Shown: positions 30,455-40,461, counted from the stretch's first letter. The stretch: 64,000 nt of DNA from an uncultured delta proteobacterium (GCA_963711565.1 CAVQEQ010000004.1:704001-768000), one strand, 5' to 3'. Notes: generated from the letters alone by a model not told the origin. Made by a program: numbers and translations.

Positions 30455-30541
30455 TGCCCTCAGGACTCGGTCGCGTCAATGCCGGAGAAGCAAATCGCCG
30501 AAGGCATCCGCCGCTTCGCCTCCGTCGTCAACTCACTCTGA
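30455..30541 (+). pseudogene. Possible C-terminal relic of a PLP-dependent aminotransferase/MocR gene
   Basis: Ends ASMPEKQIAEGIRRFASVVNSL*, resembling class I aminotransferase C-termini; no upstream body. Confidence 0.35.
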
Positions 30542-30547
30542 AAACTC

Positions 30548-30588
30548 GGAGTCCTATCGATCGTCTGGAGGATGACCGATAGGACTCC
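30548..30588. terminator. Long hairpin between convergent units
   Basis: GGAGTCCTATCG (30548-59) pairs with CGATAGGACTCC (30577-88), downstream of the DUF4410 gene. Confidence 0.6.
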
Positions 30589-30612
30589 ACCAAATGTCAC
30601 TCGGGCCGCGCC

Positions 30613-31335
30613 CTAGGATGACCATCCTTGTCGATTATAGTAGTTCACCATCTGCTCAACGATCTGGTCGGTCGTCTTGTCCACCAGGTAGCCGGTGGAC
30701 GACGTTATGTTCTTCACGCCTCCCGCGGCGATGTTCACACCGATGCTTGCAGCCGCGGCTGCTCCGCCCGCTGCTGCGCCTGCCGGCCCCGTGATTCCCG
30801 CTCCCGGCATGTAGCCGCTGTCAGCACTGGTGGCAAAGTCGATCAGCTCGCTTGAACCCTGGGGAGTCTTCTGAATGACCTGGACCACGGTATCGACCTT
30901 GGAAGCCCCCGCGCCGAGCCCGATGACCATCCGCCGAAGCCGGTTGCCTTCGCTGATGTCAGTGAATTGGCCATCCAGCACCAGGACGTTGTCGCCCGTA
31001 GGAGGAACTCCGCGCTGCAGGCACGTAGTAGTGATGCCCTTTTGCGTCAGGTTCGCTGCGACCCGGACGCAGATGTTCTGCGCCGTCTGGTGGGCTAGCT
31101 CGACCTGTTGGGCACTCTGGTCTTCGCCGGACATGTTTCTGTAGGCCACCTGGAAGATACTGGAGTTAAGTGAGACATCGGACGCATCGACCGCAAACGG
31201 ATAGACGACGACCGCAGTTGGCGGCGTTGCAGTGATGGGTGCTGTCGAACTTTGCTGCGTGACCTGCGCCCCCGCGCATCCGAATGCCGCGATAGCTAGT
31301 AGCACGTACGCTCGATTGAGAATTTGAGACCTCAT
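30613..31335 (-). CDS. DUF4410-family lipoprotein
   Basis: Lipobox AFGC; GQFTDISEGNRLRRMVIGLGAGAS; DSGYMPG. Confidence 0.8.
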   Translation of the reverse strand: MRSQILNRAYVLLAIAAFGCAGAQVTQQSSTAPITATPPTAVVVYPFAVDASDVSLNSSIFQVAYRNMSGEDQSAQQVELAHQTAQNICVRVAANLTQKGITTTCLQRGVPPTGDNVLVLDGQFTDISEGNRLRRMVIGLGAGASKVDTVVQVIQKTPQGSSELIDFATSADSGYMPGAGITGPAGAAAGGAAAAASIGVNIAAGGVKNITSSTGYLVDKTTDQIVEQMVNYYNRQGWSS

Positions 31336-31425
31336 AATACTCCTCTTCTTGGTTGGCTTAGCTTCTTTGCGGTTCTTTTCGAGTTCAATTTCGATCGCAT
31401 AGCGTCCATTAAACTAAAACTCAGC

Positions 31426-32294
31426 TTATAGTTGTAGCTGCGGCATCAGCACGTTTACCTGGAATCGTAAGCCGAATTGTTCGACTTGAGTGGTAAATTG
31501 TCGATAAGCCATCCATTCGCCGGAAAACGACGTATCGATTGAGTAACCCTTGTCGAATTTCCAGACTTTCCCAAACCCTGCACTAAGCGGTATTTGCGTC
31601 GAAGTCTTGTGCCGCCAGTTGATTGTCCAGGTCGAGTCGCTCGATTTCAAATACCAACCGCTGCCCACCTGATAGGACAGCATCGGTTGAATCTGAAGCG
31701 AACTTTGCGGCACCGAATGCGACGACGAGTACGCAAACGAGGTGTTCTGCTGAAACAGTCCCGCAATATTCAGCCCTGGAATTCGCTTATAGGAGAAAGC
31801 CCAGGCCGGCCCATCTGCCACGCTCCCCTGCCGGTGTACTGGCTGGTGGAGGTCGGGAATACGAAAGTTGGTCCGAATCCCCAGCGGAAAAGAGTCTCCT
31901 TTTCGTTCGGCCATGGCATCACGAACAGGTCGAGAAGTTGGAAGTCGTCGAGCGCTGTGGTCGTTGACGCGCCCTTGTTGCGAGGAACTGTGACGACTTG
32001 AATCGTCGGCCGGATAAGCTGCTCAAGCGGAGTGAACAACTCCGGCCTCACCGCTAGCAGTGGCCGAATCTGCAGCGTGTTCAACTGTGCATTCGTGCCG
32101 TACTGGGCGGGTGTGTAGATATCCTGGACCTTGAACTGCGTCAAAGCCCCCGTTGGATCATTTTCCTTAACGGCCAGCGATTCATCGTCGGTGCCGGCCG
32201 ATGTGGTCTGCTGTGCGAGACCCAGGGAACGACTCACCAGCAGGACGAAGATCACCGCAATAGATGAAACGATGCCGCGCACTTGATGGCTCAC
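31426..32294 (-). pseudogene. Outer-membrane beta-barrel/transporter-like protein, frameshifted at ~31811
   Basis: WGFGPTFVFPT...TGRGAWQMG (ORF 31770-32294) continues as PAWAFSY...IPLSAGFGKV...FGLRFQVNVLMP (ORF 31426-31914) if one base is added. Confidence 0.75.
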
Positions 32295-32390
32295 AGTCTG
32301 ATTGCTCGTCGATGCGTCTGCTAAATACCGGTAAATTTGATTCGGGTCTATATGCCCGAGCAGCCGGCGAGGGTGCGAATCGGACTGCGG

Positions 32391-33230
32391 CTAGCGAGCC
32401 GCTGAACGGCGCCGTTGTTGTTCATCGGCGATCCGCTGATAGAGCAGGGCGGCGCCTTCATAGATCGTAGCGCCGTCATCGGCTGCGCCGACGAACTCCG
32501 CGATCTGCCGCATCTCCGCGACCCAGCGGTACGCCTTCGGCCGCATCGCGGGCACAGCACGATCCAGTCGCGCGAGGAAACTCTGCTGACTGCGCGCAAG
32601 TTCGGTGCGTAACGCATCGGCGAGGCCCTCGCGTTCCGCAGCGCCCAGCATCGTCGCGCATAGAGCGGTGAAGCCCTTGGTCAGTCCGGCGTAGGAGAGT
32701 TTCAATCCAGACGCGGCGCCAACTGGTCCGTCGAGGATTGAAATGTCGAGACCGAAGCTGGCCAGGCGCGTCAGCAGATAAGCGTCGCGGCCTGATGCGT
32801 AAAAGCGCGGACCTTTTGCGGGATCCTGAGTGCCGGCGACCGGCGGTCCGCCGATGATGCCGGCGTCGATAAAGGTCGTTTCCTCGAGCAGTCCGTGAAT
32901 GCGGCGGCAGGTCGCGGGAGAGATCGCATTGCATTCGACAAAGACCGGCTTAGTTCGCGCGCGGCCGAACGGTCCGCGCAAACGCCCGGCGACTTCGACC
33001 GCGACGCCCGGCGGAACGATCGAAAGTACGAAGCTCGCGCCGCGCAGCATCGAATCGTCGTCATTGACGACTTCAAGCCCGGCGTTGCGAACGCGCGCGA
33101 CGCTCTCGGCGCTGCGGCCTGTGAGCGATGTCACCACACGCGCGCCGGCTTCACGAAGACGGCGTCCTACCGCGGCGCCCATCTCGCCTGCGCCGACGAT
33201 CGCAACTGTCACGGAGTCTCGATCGCTCAT
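32391..33230 (-). CDS. NAD(P)-dependent oxidoreductase (6PGD/HIBADH-like, DUF1932 C-terminus)
   Basis: Start MSDRDSVTVAIVGAGEMG after GGAG-like RBS; DAGIIGGPP; ASGLKLSYAGLTKG; KAYRWVAEM. Confidence 0.88.
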   Translation of the reverse strand: MSDRDSVTVAIVGAGEMGAAVGRRLREAGARVVTSLTGRSAESVARVRNAGLEVVNDDDSMLRGASFVLSIVPPGVAVEVAGRLRGPFGRARTKPVFVECNAISPATCRRIHGLLEETTFIDAGIIGGPPVAGTQDPAKGPRFYASGRDAYLLTRLASFGLDISILDGPVGAASGLKLSYAGLTKGFTALCATMLGAAEREGLADALRTELARSQQSFLARLDRAVPAMRPKAYRWVAEMRQIAEFVGAADDGATIYEGAALLYQRIADEQQRRRSAAR

Positions 33231-33265
33231 CGGAGCACCCCCTGCAAAAAATTGTGTGCGAAACT

Positions 33266-34405
33266 TCAGTAGCGGTTGAGGCGCGCCAGCCGATCGGCGT
33301 GGAAGTTCGAGTCGCCAAACAGTTCCTGGCATACGCGGACTCGCTTCATGAACAAGCCGATGTCGAATTCGTCGGTCATCCCGATGCCGCCATGCATCTG
33401 GACGCCCTCCTGCACGGCGAGCGTCGCACTGAGACCGGCACGGGCCTTTGCCACCGACACAATCGCACCGGCGCGGTCGTAGGCATCGTCGAGCGTCTGC
33501 AGCGCCTTGAGCACCGCCGCGCGCGTGACCTCGAGTTCGCAGTAAAGATGAGCCGCGCGATGCTGCAACGCCTGGAATTCGCCGATCGCCTTGCCGAATT
33601 GTTTCCGTTCTTTCAAGTAGGCGACCGTGCGGCTGAACGCTTCTTCGCTGGCGCCGACCATTTCGGATGCGACTGCGGCGCGGCCGGCGTTCAGTACGCC
33701 CTCGAGGATGTCCCAACCCGCATCGACCATGCCGAGCACGTTGTCGGCGCCGACATTCACGTCCTCGAACGTGATCCGCGCCGCATTGTGCGTATCGACC
33801 GCAGCGGTGCGCTCAGCGCGAACTCCCGGCGCCTTCGCATCGACAATGAACAGCGTGAGTCCGCTGGTATCGCCTGCTTTGCCCGCGGTGCGGGCGGCCA
33901 CGATCAGGAGATTCGCGACATGGCCATCGATCACGAAGGTCTTGGTGCCGCTCAACTTGAAACCGTTGCCGGCGCGTGCCGCGGGCATCGCGATGTTTCC
34001 AGGATGATGCTTTGCAGTCTCATCAACGGCCAACGTTGCGATCAGCTCCCCCGCCACAATTTTCGGTAGATAACCTTCCTTCTGCTTGTCCGTGCCGGCG
34101 CGCACGATCGCGGTCGCGGCGAGAACCGCGGTCGAAAGAAAAGGGGAGGGTGTGAGCGTGCGGCCCAGCTCCTCCATTACGACTCCCGCCTCGACGTAGC
34201 CGAGTTCCAGGCCGCCGTAGTCTTGAGGGATGAGAATTCCCGCCCAACCCATCTCGACGAAGTTCTTCCAGAGTGCGCGCGAGAAGCCGTCCGCATCGCG
34301 ATTGTCGCGCAGCGCGCGCAGATGCGCGATCGGCGCATTCTTTGCCAGGAAGCCGCGCGCGTTGTCGCGCAGCATCGTCTGTTCGTCGTTGAGAACTAGC
34401 GCCAT
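33266..34405 (-). CDS. Acyl-CoA dehydrogenase
   Basis: YLKERKQFGKAIGEFQALQHR; QMHGGIGMTDE. Confidence 0.93.
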   Translation of the reverse strand: MALVLNDEQTMLRDNARGFLAKNAPIAHLRALRDNRDADGFSRALWKNFVEMGWAGILIPQDYGGLELGYVEAGVVMEELGRTLTPSPFLSTAVLAATAIVRAGTDKQKEGYLPKIVAGELIATLAVDETAKHHPGNIAMPAARAGNGFKLSGTKTFVIDGHVANLLIVAARTAGKAGDTSGLTLFIVDAKAPGVRAERTAAVDTHNAARITFEDVNVGADNVLGMVDAGWDILEGVLNAGRAAVASEMVGASEEAFSRTVAYLKERKQFGKAIGEFQALQHRAAHLYCELEVTRAAVLKALQTLDDAYDRAGAIVSVAKARAGLSATLAVQEGVQMHGGIGMTDEFDIGLFMKRVRVCQELFGDSNFHADRLARLNRY

Positions 34406-34411
34406 CTGCGG

Positions 34412-35593
34412 CTACGCACCGGGCAGGCCCAGGATGCGCTTGGCGATGATGTTGAGCTGAACCTCGCTGGTGCCGCCCTCGATTGAATTGGCCTTCGAAC
34501 GCAGCCATGCGCGCGCGGTGCGTCCTTCGCGCGAGCGCTCGCCTTCCCATTCCAGCGCGTCGGTCCCTCCGGCCGACATCACCAATTCCATCCGGCGCTT
34601 GTTGAGCTCGGTACCGTAGTATTTCAGCAGCGACGACACGGCAGGATGAGCCTGCCCGGCCTTGGCCATGTCGCCGGCGCGATCCATCGTGAGGCGAAAG
34701 GCGAGCGCGTCGATCTCGAACGCCGCGATCTCCCCGCGCAGCACGGTGTCCGCGAGCATCCCGTTGTTGGTGCCGACGGTGTCAGTCGCAATCTGCCCTA
34801 GCGATCGGTTTTCCGACGTGCTGCCCATGCCGCCGATCATGTCGCGCTCATGAGTCAGCAGGTACTTCGCGATATCCCAGCCCTTGTTGAGCTTGCCTAC
34901 GAGGTTCGCCTTCGGCACCAACACGTCGTCGAAGAACGTCTGGCAGAACGGCGATGCTCCAGAGATCAATGTGATCGGCTTGGTCGAGACGCCCGCGCTC
35001 TCCATGTCGAACAGGATAAAGCTGATGCCTTCGTGCTTGGGTGTGTTCGGGTCGGTGCGAACGAGGCAGAAAATCCAGTCAGCGCGGTCGGCGTACGAAG
35101 TCCATATCTTTGAGCCGTTGACAAGGAACTGGTCGCCCTTGTCTTCCGCACGGGTTTGCAGCGACGCCAAGTCCGAACCCGATCCGGGCTCGGAGTAACC
35201 CTGGCACCATCGAATCTCGCCGCGAGCAATTTTCGGCAGATGCTCGCGCTTCTGCTCCTCGGAACCGTATTTCAGCAGCGCGGGGCCGAGCATCCAGATA
35301 CCAAAGCTCTGGACCGGCGCGCGACAACCTAGCGCGTTCATTTCCTGGCGCAGGATTTTGGCCTCGTCGCGAGTGAGTCCGCCGCCGCCGTACTCGCGCG
35401 GCCACTCCGGCACGGTCCAGCCTTTCTTTCCCATCCGCTCGAGCCACTGCCGCTGCGCGTCGGATTGAAATTTCCAACGCCGTCCGCCCCAGCAAGCGTC
35501 CTCTTCAGTCTGCGCCGGACGCCGCATCTCGTCCGGACAGTTCGCCTCGAGCCACGCGCGCGTTTCTTTGCGAAAAATTTCAAGATTTTCCAT
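34412..35593 (-). CDS. Acyl-CoA dehydrogenase
   Basis: WCQGYSEPGSGSDLASL; NGSKIWTS; SIEGGTSEVQ. Confidence 0.95.
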   Translation of the reverse strand: MENLEIFRKETRAWLEANCPDEMRRPAQTEEDACWGGRRWKFQSDAQRQWLERMGKKGWTVPEWPREYGGGGLTRDEAKILRQEMNALGCRAPVQSFGIWMLGPALLKYGSEEQKREHLPKIARGEIRWCQGYSEPGSGSDLASLQTRAEDKGDQFLVNGSKIWTSYADRADWIFCLVRTDPNTPKHEGISFILFDMESAGVSTKPITLISGASPFCQTFFDDVLVPKANLVGKLNKGWDIAKYLLTHERDMIGGMGSTSENRSLGQIATDTVGTNNGMLADTVLRGEIAAFEIDALAFRLTMDRAGDMAKAGQAHPAVSSLLKYYGTELNKRRMELVMSAGGTDALEWEGERSREGRTARAWLRSKANSIEGGTSEVQLNIIAKRILGLPGA

Positions 35594-35650
35594 AGCTACA
35601 TCAGGTGTTAGTAGGTCTGCCCGCGCGATTCAAGGTTAATAAGAGACGGC

Positions 35651-36544
35651 TCACTTCTTGTCCGGGGGCGGGCCGAAGCCGCCTGCTTCGAATTGATGTC
35701 CGTAGATGTCGCCCTCGAAATATTCCGACTGGTAAGTCGCCGCCCGCGCGCCCCATCCGTACTCGAACGACCAACCCGACGGATTGCGGAAGTAGAACGA
35801 GTACATGTGATCGTTCGAGTGCTTGCCGGGCGTGATAGTCACCGGGATTTTATTCTTGCGAACCAGGTCGTAGGTCATGCCTACGTCGTCGAGGTTATCG
35901 ACTTCGATCATCAGATGGTTGATGCGGCGGTCGTTCGGGATTCCAAAGGCCACCGTGTGGTCACGATCGTTGCAATGCATGAAGACGAGACCTGCCGCGC
36001 CCTTGCCGCGTCCGAACTTGTACTCGACGCCCCCACGCATCCCGAGGTGCTGATAGAAACGCTGCGCCGCGTCCACCTTGCTCTCGCGGATGATGCAATG
36101 ACCCAAGCCGCCGGTGCCGGTCTTGAAGCGACCATGCATCGCGCGGCCGGGATGGAAGGGTTTGCTGAACTGAGTGAACGGGCCGTGAAAAATTTCGATC
36201 GGATTGCCTTCGGGATCATCGAGCTTGAGGACTTCGAGTACGCGGCGCTCGTCGGCTTCCTCGACAGAGCCGACGCGGAATTTGATTCCCGCCTCAGCCA
36301 ACTGACGCTGCATCTGCGCGAACTCGTCGGCGCCCGCGACGCGGAAGCCGAGGTAGTTGAGGTCGTCGCTGCCGTCGGCATGCATCACGATCCGATGATG
36401 CAGGTAGTCCATCCGCAGGTAGCATCGATCCGACTCGCCTTCATCGGCCAGTTCGAAGCCGACTATGCTAGTCGCGAAATGTTTCCACGCATCGAGGTCT
36501 TTCACCCCGATTCCCATGTAGCCCAACTCTGTTACCTGGATCAT
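35651..36544 (-). CDS. Type I extradiol ring-cleavage dioxygenase (BphC/HsaC-like VOC)
   Basis: LGYMGIGV, LRMD..HHR, GLGH, FMHCNDRDH, INHLMIE, GKHSND..SFY..NPSGW..EYG. Confidence 0.92.
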   Translation of the reverse strand: MIQVTELGYMGIGVKDLDAWKHFATSIVGFELADEGESDRCYLRMDYLHHRIVMHADGSDDLNYLGFRVAGADEFAQMQRQLAEAGIKFRVGSVEEADERRVLEVLKLDDPEGNPIEIFHGPFTQFSKPFHPGRAMHGRFKTGTGGLGHCIIRESKVDAAQRFYQHLGMRGGVEYKFGRGKGAAGLVFMHCNDRDHTVAFGIPNDRRINHLMIEVDNLDDVGMTYDLVRKNKIPVTITPGKHSNDHMYSFYFRNPSGWSFEYGWGARAATYQSEYFEGDIYGHQFEAGGFGPPPDKK

Positions 36545-36563
36545 TTATATTTCCTCCGCGCGT

Positions 36564-37415
36564 TCATCGGGCGTCGGTGCGGACCCAATCGGAACCTAGA
36601 GCGACGCGCCGCACCGAATCGGTATCGGTCGGCTGATGACCAACTTTATGCATGGGCGCCGGTGCTTCTACAACCTTGTTCGACAGCCGCCCCAGCCCAC
36701 TGACTTCGACTTCGACCAGGTCGCCGACGTTCATCGGTCGCGAATTCTTCGGCGTGCCGGATAGTATGATATCGCCTGGCAGCAAAGTGATGAACCGCGA
36801 GAGGTCGGCGAGGATATAGTCAATCGGAAATATCATTTCCGAGATCGCTCCCTCCTGGACCATCTTACTATTGATGTAGGTACGCAAAGTGGATTTGCGA
36901 ATATCCACTCCACTGACTATTCCGGGACCGATCGGACAGAAGCCGTCCTGCCCCTTCACCCGCAGCATCGAGCCGGCGTCGGTGTCGCGATAGTCCTGGC
37001 AGCCGACATCGTTGGCGGGCGCGAAGCCGGCGATGTAATCCCAGGCATCTTCGCGGCTGATGTTGCGCATCGGCTTGCCGATAATCACGCCGACTTCGCC
37101 CTCGTAGTTGAGATACTTGTGTCCGGCCGGACGGCATAGCACGCCGCGATGCGAGTTCAGTGCGGTGACGGGCTTTTGGAAGTAGGTCGGAGTGTCGAGC
37201 ATCGGCGCTTTGAATTCGACGCGTCGCGAATCGTAGTTCAGGTGGATGCAGAGAATCTTGGTTGGGTCGCACGGCGGCAGGTACGTCGCATCCGCGTCGG
37301 CAAGATGCCTGCCGTCGCCCAGCAGAAGACGATCGCCGTCGGGGCGCACCCACTTCGGCTGTCCTTCGTGAAGGACTCGCCGCCACTCTTGTCTCGGCCC
37401 ATCAAGTACACTCAT
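36564..37415 (-). CDS. Fumarylacetoacetate hydrolase family protein (HpaG-like)
   Basis: KILCIHLNY, YEGE, ANDV, KGQDGFCPIGP, LLPGDIILSGTP. Confidence 0.92.
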   Translation of the reverse strand: MSVLDGPRQEWRRVLHEGQPKWVRPDGDRLLLGDGRHLADADATYLPPCDPTKILCIHLNYDSRRVEFKAPMLDTPTYFQKPVTALNSHRGVLCRPAGHKYLNYEGEVGVIIGKPMRNISREDAWDYIAGFAPANDVGCQDYRDTDAGSMLRVKGQDGFCPIGPGIVSGVDIRKSTLRTYINSKMVQEGAISEMIFPIDYILADLSRFITLLPGDIILSGTPKNSRPMNVGDLVEVEVSGLGRLSNKVVEAPAPMHKVGHQPTDTDSVRRVALGSDWVRTDAR

Positions 37416-37444
37416 TGGGTAATCCTCGATTAGTCAGTTGGGAA

Positions 37445-37484
37445 CCTAACCCCTAACCCCTTCCCGAGCGGGAAGGGGGACCGG
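37445..37484. repeat. REP-like extragenic palindrome
   Basis: CCTAACCCCTAA followed by CCCCTTCCC-GAGC-GGGAAGGGG hairpin (37457-37478) between co-oriented operon genes. Confidence 0.55.
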
Positions 37485-37504
37485 ACATTTAGCGAAGCTT
37501 TCAC

Positions 37505-38959
37505 TTAGGCGAAGGATCCTTTGAGCGTGGCGATGTTTTTGACGTCGCAGTAGAAGTCGAAACTCCAGTTGCCGCCTTCGCGGCCGATGCCGGAATCGCG
37601 GCTGCCACCGAAAGGGGCAGCGAGTTCGCGAACGAAGAAACAGTTCACCCATACCGTGCCGGCGGTGACGCGACTGGCGATTCTCATCGCGCGTTCTTCG
37701 TTCCTGCTGAAGACCATCGCCGCGAGTCCGTAATGAGTGCCGTTGGCGAGTTCGAGCAGCTCGTCCTCGTCGCGAAAGGTCTGCCACGTCAGCACGGGAC
37801 CGAATACTTCACGCTGCACGATCTCCATGTCCTGCCGCGCGCCCTCGAGGAGTGTCGGTTCGAAGTACAGTTTACCGGCGCTGGAACGCTTGCCGCCCCA
37901 GACCTGTTTGACGCCGGACTTGAGCGCCCGATCGACGAAGCCCTCGACCCGCTTGTAGTGTTCCGGCGTGATGAGCGGACCGACGCGAGTGCTCTTCTCG
38001 CGCGGATCGCCGACCGTCATGTGCGCGGCCGCGGCGCGAAATCTCTTTTGAAAATCGTCCGCGACCGAGGCGTCAACGAGGATGCGCGTGCCTGCAAGGC
38101 AGACCTGTCCCGCGTTGACGTACTGCCCCGCGGCGGTCTGCGCGGCCGCGTCGAGGTCGGCGTCGGCGCACACTATGTAAGGAGACTTGCCGCCGAGTTC
38201 GAAACTCACGGGCGTCAGCGAGCGCGCGGTGGACTGGCCGATCAGCTTCGCGGTGTCAGTCGAGCCGGTGAAACTCAGACGGTCGATATCGGGATGGGCC
38301 GCGAGCGCCGCGCCCGCTTCTTCGCCGATCCCCTGCACGACGTTGAGCACGCCGGCGGGGACGCCGGCCTCGGTGGCGAGGTCCGCCATCATCGAGCCCG
38401 TAAGCGGCGCCCATTCAGGCGGCTTGACGACCACGGTGTCGCCGGCGGCGAGCGCGGGACCGACTTTCCACGTCGTCAGCATGAAGGGGCTGTTCCACGG
38501 CGTGATAAGCGCCGCCACTCCGGCAGGATCGAAGCGCACGTGATTGATCACCTCAGGCGAATCGATTTGCTCGTGACCCAGTTTCAGCGCGCGGTCTGCG
38601 AAGAACTGGATGTTGAGGGAAGCGCGCGGAATCACGCGCGCGAGATTGACCGTCAGCAACGAGCCGTTGTCGGTAGTCTCGACGGCCGCGAGTTCCTTCG
38701 CATGATCGAGGATCGCCTGCGCGAACTTCTTCAGCACGCGATGGCGTCCGTCCGGTCCGAGCGCCGCCCATTTCGGAAATGCGCGCCGCGCCGCGCCCAC
38801 GGCAGCATCGACTTCGGCGGGCCCGCCGGCGCTCACGTCGGCGAGATGCTTGCCATCGATCGGCGAACAGTCTTGAAAGGTTTTCTTCGACGCGACCCGC
38901 TTGCCGTCGATGAAGTGTTCGGTCGATACGTCAACGCCGGCGACTTTCGTCGTGCTCAT
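37505..38959 (-). CDS. Aldehyde dehydrogenase (hydroxymuconic semialdehyde dehydrogenase-like)
   Basis: ITPWNSP, KPPEWAP, FTGST, ELGGKSP, GQVCLAGTR, EVFGP, SGIGREGG. Confidence 0.92.
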   Translation of the reverse strand: MSTTKVAGVDVSTEHFIDGKRVASKKTFQDCSPIDGKHLADVSAGGPAEVDAAVGAARRAFPKWAALGPDGRHRVLKKFAQAILDHAKELAAVETTDNGSLLTVNLARVIPRASLNIQFFADRALKLGHEQIDSPEVINHVRFDPAGVAALITPWNSPFMLTTWKVGPALAAGDTVVVKPPEWAPLTGSMMADLATEAGVPAGVLNVVQGIGEEAGAALAAHPDIDRLSFTGSTDTAKLIGQSTARSLTPVSFELGGKSPYIVCADADLDAAAQTAAGQYVNAGQVCLAGTRILVDASVADDFQKRFRAAAAHMTVGDPREKSTRVGPLITPEHYKRVEGFVDRALKSGVKQVWGGKRSSAGKLYFEPTLLEGARQDMEIVQREVFGPVLTWQTFRDEDELLELANGTHYGLAAMVFSRNEERAMRIASRVTAGTVWVNCFFVRELAAPFGGSRDSGIGREGGNWSFDFYCDVKNIATLKGSFA

Positions 38960-40461
38960 CTGCGAATCTCCTTGGGCAGGTTAATTTTCCGTCTTTCAAG
39001 ATCGGCTGCTAAGTCCGCCGCCTTTGGCTGCTCTCCAAGGATTCTATCCACCAGCCGCCCCGCGCGCCCCTTGGGCGCGAGCGCGTTCGCGAGCTGATAA
39101 TTTCGCGCACCCGATGCGAGGTAGAAGCGCTCGTACAACTCATTGCGGCTCGCCAGCGCGCTACCCACGAAATCCCAGGCCAGCCGGAAGATTCGCGCGC
39201 GCTCCTCGGACTTCATCTCGCCCGCGCCGCGCAGATACTTGTCGATATGCGGGCGCAGCTTCGGATCGGCGAGCTGCGCCTGCGTTGGGGCGGCGAGCAG
39301 ATTGTGCGATCCGATCAGCGTGATGATCTCATTGACCCGCGGGAACCAGGTCGGGAGCGCGGCGCGCAACGCCGCGAGTGGACCGCCGTTGGGGAACCAT
39401 ACGCCGTTGCCGTACTCGAACGCCTCGACCTCGGCGCTGTGAATCGCAGCACGCGCGAACTCGGCATAAGTCCAGATTTCGCCGAGCATCTGCCGGGTTG
39501 CCGGCGAGTAGTCGTTGATTGCTTCGGCCATCCGGCTCGCAAGGCCGTAGGCGAACTCGAGCTTGGTCTGCGCGCGAATCATCGTCTGCTGCATGATGTT
39601 CGGATACCAGCCGGTCGCCATCACGGTGTTGTAGGCGACGAGGTTGGCGTTGATAAAGACGCGATCGCGCGGGACCTCGACGTCGTCGAAAATCACGAAC
39701 GCGTCCTGCTCGTCGAAGCGGCCCGACAACGGATGGTCGAAGCGATTGGGCGCTGTCGCGCAACTGTCGCGGCAGAGGAACTTCAGCCCCGGCGTGTCGA
39801 TCGGCACACAGAACGACAGCGCGTAAGGGTCGGTGCCTTCGAGCAGCGGCACGGCAGGATAGACGGCGATCTCATCGGCGAACGGCGCCAGCGTCGCGAG
39901 TATTCTCGCGCCACGCACGACGATCCCGTGCGCAGTGTCGGCGACCTTGTGCAGCGCGACTTCGTTGCCGGGCTCGGGAACGTCGCCTTTGGCCTTGTCG
40001 ATGGTTGGATGAACGATGGTGTGGGTCAGCGAGAGGTCGTTGCGGGCGAGAGCCTTCTGATACGCGACCAGGTTCGCGGCGCCGCGCTCGTTGCCGTTGA
40101 TCGCCCACTCGTCGGCGCGCCCGGCGAAGCCCGCGAACGTGACATTCATATAGTCGGGCGTGCGGCCCATCAGGCCGACGGTGAATTCCGCGACTGCCTG
40201 CAGGCATGCGTGACGCCGCTCGAGGTCCGCCAGCGAGCGCGGGATCATGTGGCTCACGTTGATTGGCTCGCCGGTCTCGGGATCGGGCATCAGGCAGATG
40301 TCGCGCGCCTGATGCTGGAGGTCGAAAATCCGCGCGAGCGTATCGGCCGCTCCTGCGAATGCAGGATGCGACGCGATGTCGGTCACCTTGTCGTCGCCGA
40401 CCCAGAGTGCGCGCGGCCGGGAAAGTCCGGCGAGATACTCGCGCCCGCTGCGTGCTCCCAT
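38956..40461 (-). CDS. hpaB: 4-hydroxyphenylacetate 3-monooxygenase oxygenase-family protein
   Basis: GLMGRTPDYMN, GIVVRGARILATL, HPLSGRFDEQDA.VIFDDV.VP, LAWD....RNELYERFY. Confidence 0.88.
   Translation of the reverse strand: MGARSGREYLAGLSRPRALWVGDDKVTDIASHPAFAGAADTLARIFDLQHQARDICLMPDPETGEPINVSHMIPRSLADLERRHACLQAVAEFTVGLMGRTPDYMNVTFAGFAGRADEWAINGNERGAANLVAYQKALARNDLSLTHTIVHPTIDKAKGDVPEPGNEVALHKVADTAHGIVVRGARILATLAPFADEIAVYPAVPLLEGTDPYALSFCVPIDTPGLKFLCRDSCATAPNRFDHPLSGRFDEQDAFVIFDDVEVPRDRVFINANLVAYNTVMATGWYPNIMQQTMIRAQTKLEFAYGLASRMAEAINDYSPATRQMLGEIWTYAEFARAAIHSAEVEAFEYGNGVWFPNGGPLAALRAALPTWFPRVNEIITLIGSHNLLAAPTQAQLADPKLRPHIDKYLRGAGEMKSEERARIFRLAWDFVGSALASRNELYERFYLASGARNYQLANALAPKGRAGRLVDRILGEQPKAADLAADLERRKINLPKEIRR

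Noticed and set aside
32391-33716. 441-aa ORF as annotated in the track
   Set aside because: The N-terminal extension overlaps the acyl-CoA dehydrogenase; the Rossmann motif places the real start at 33230.
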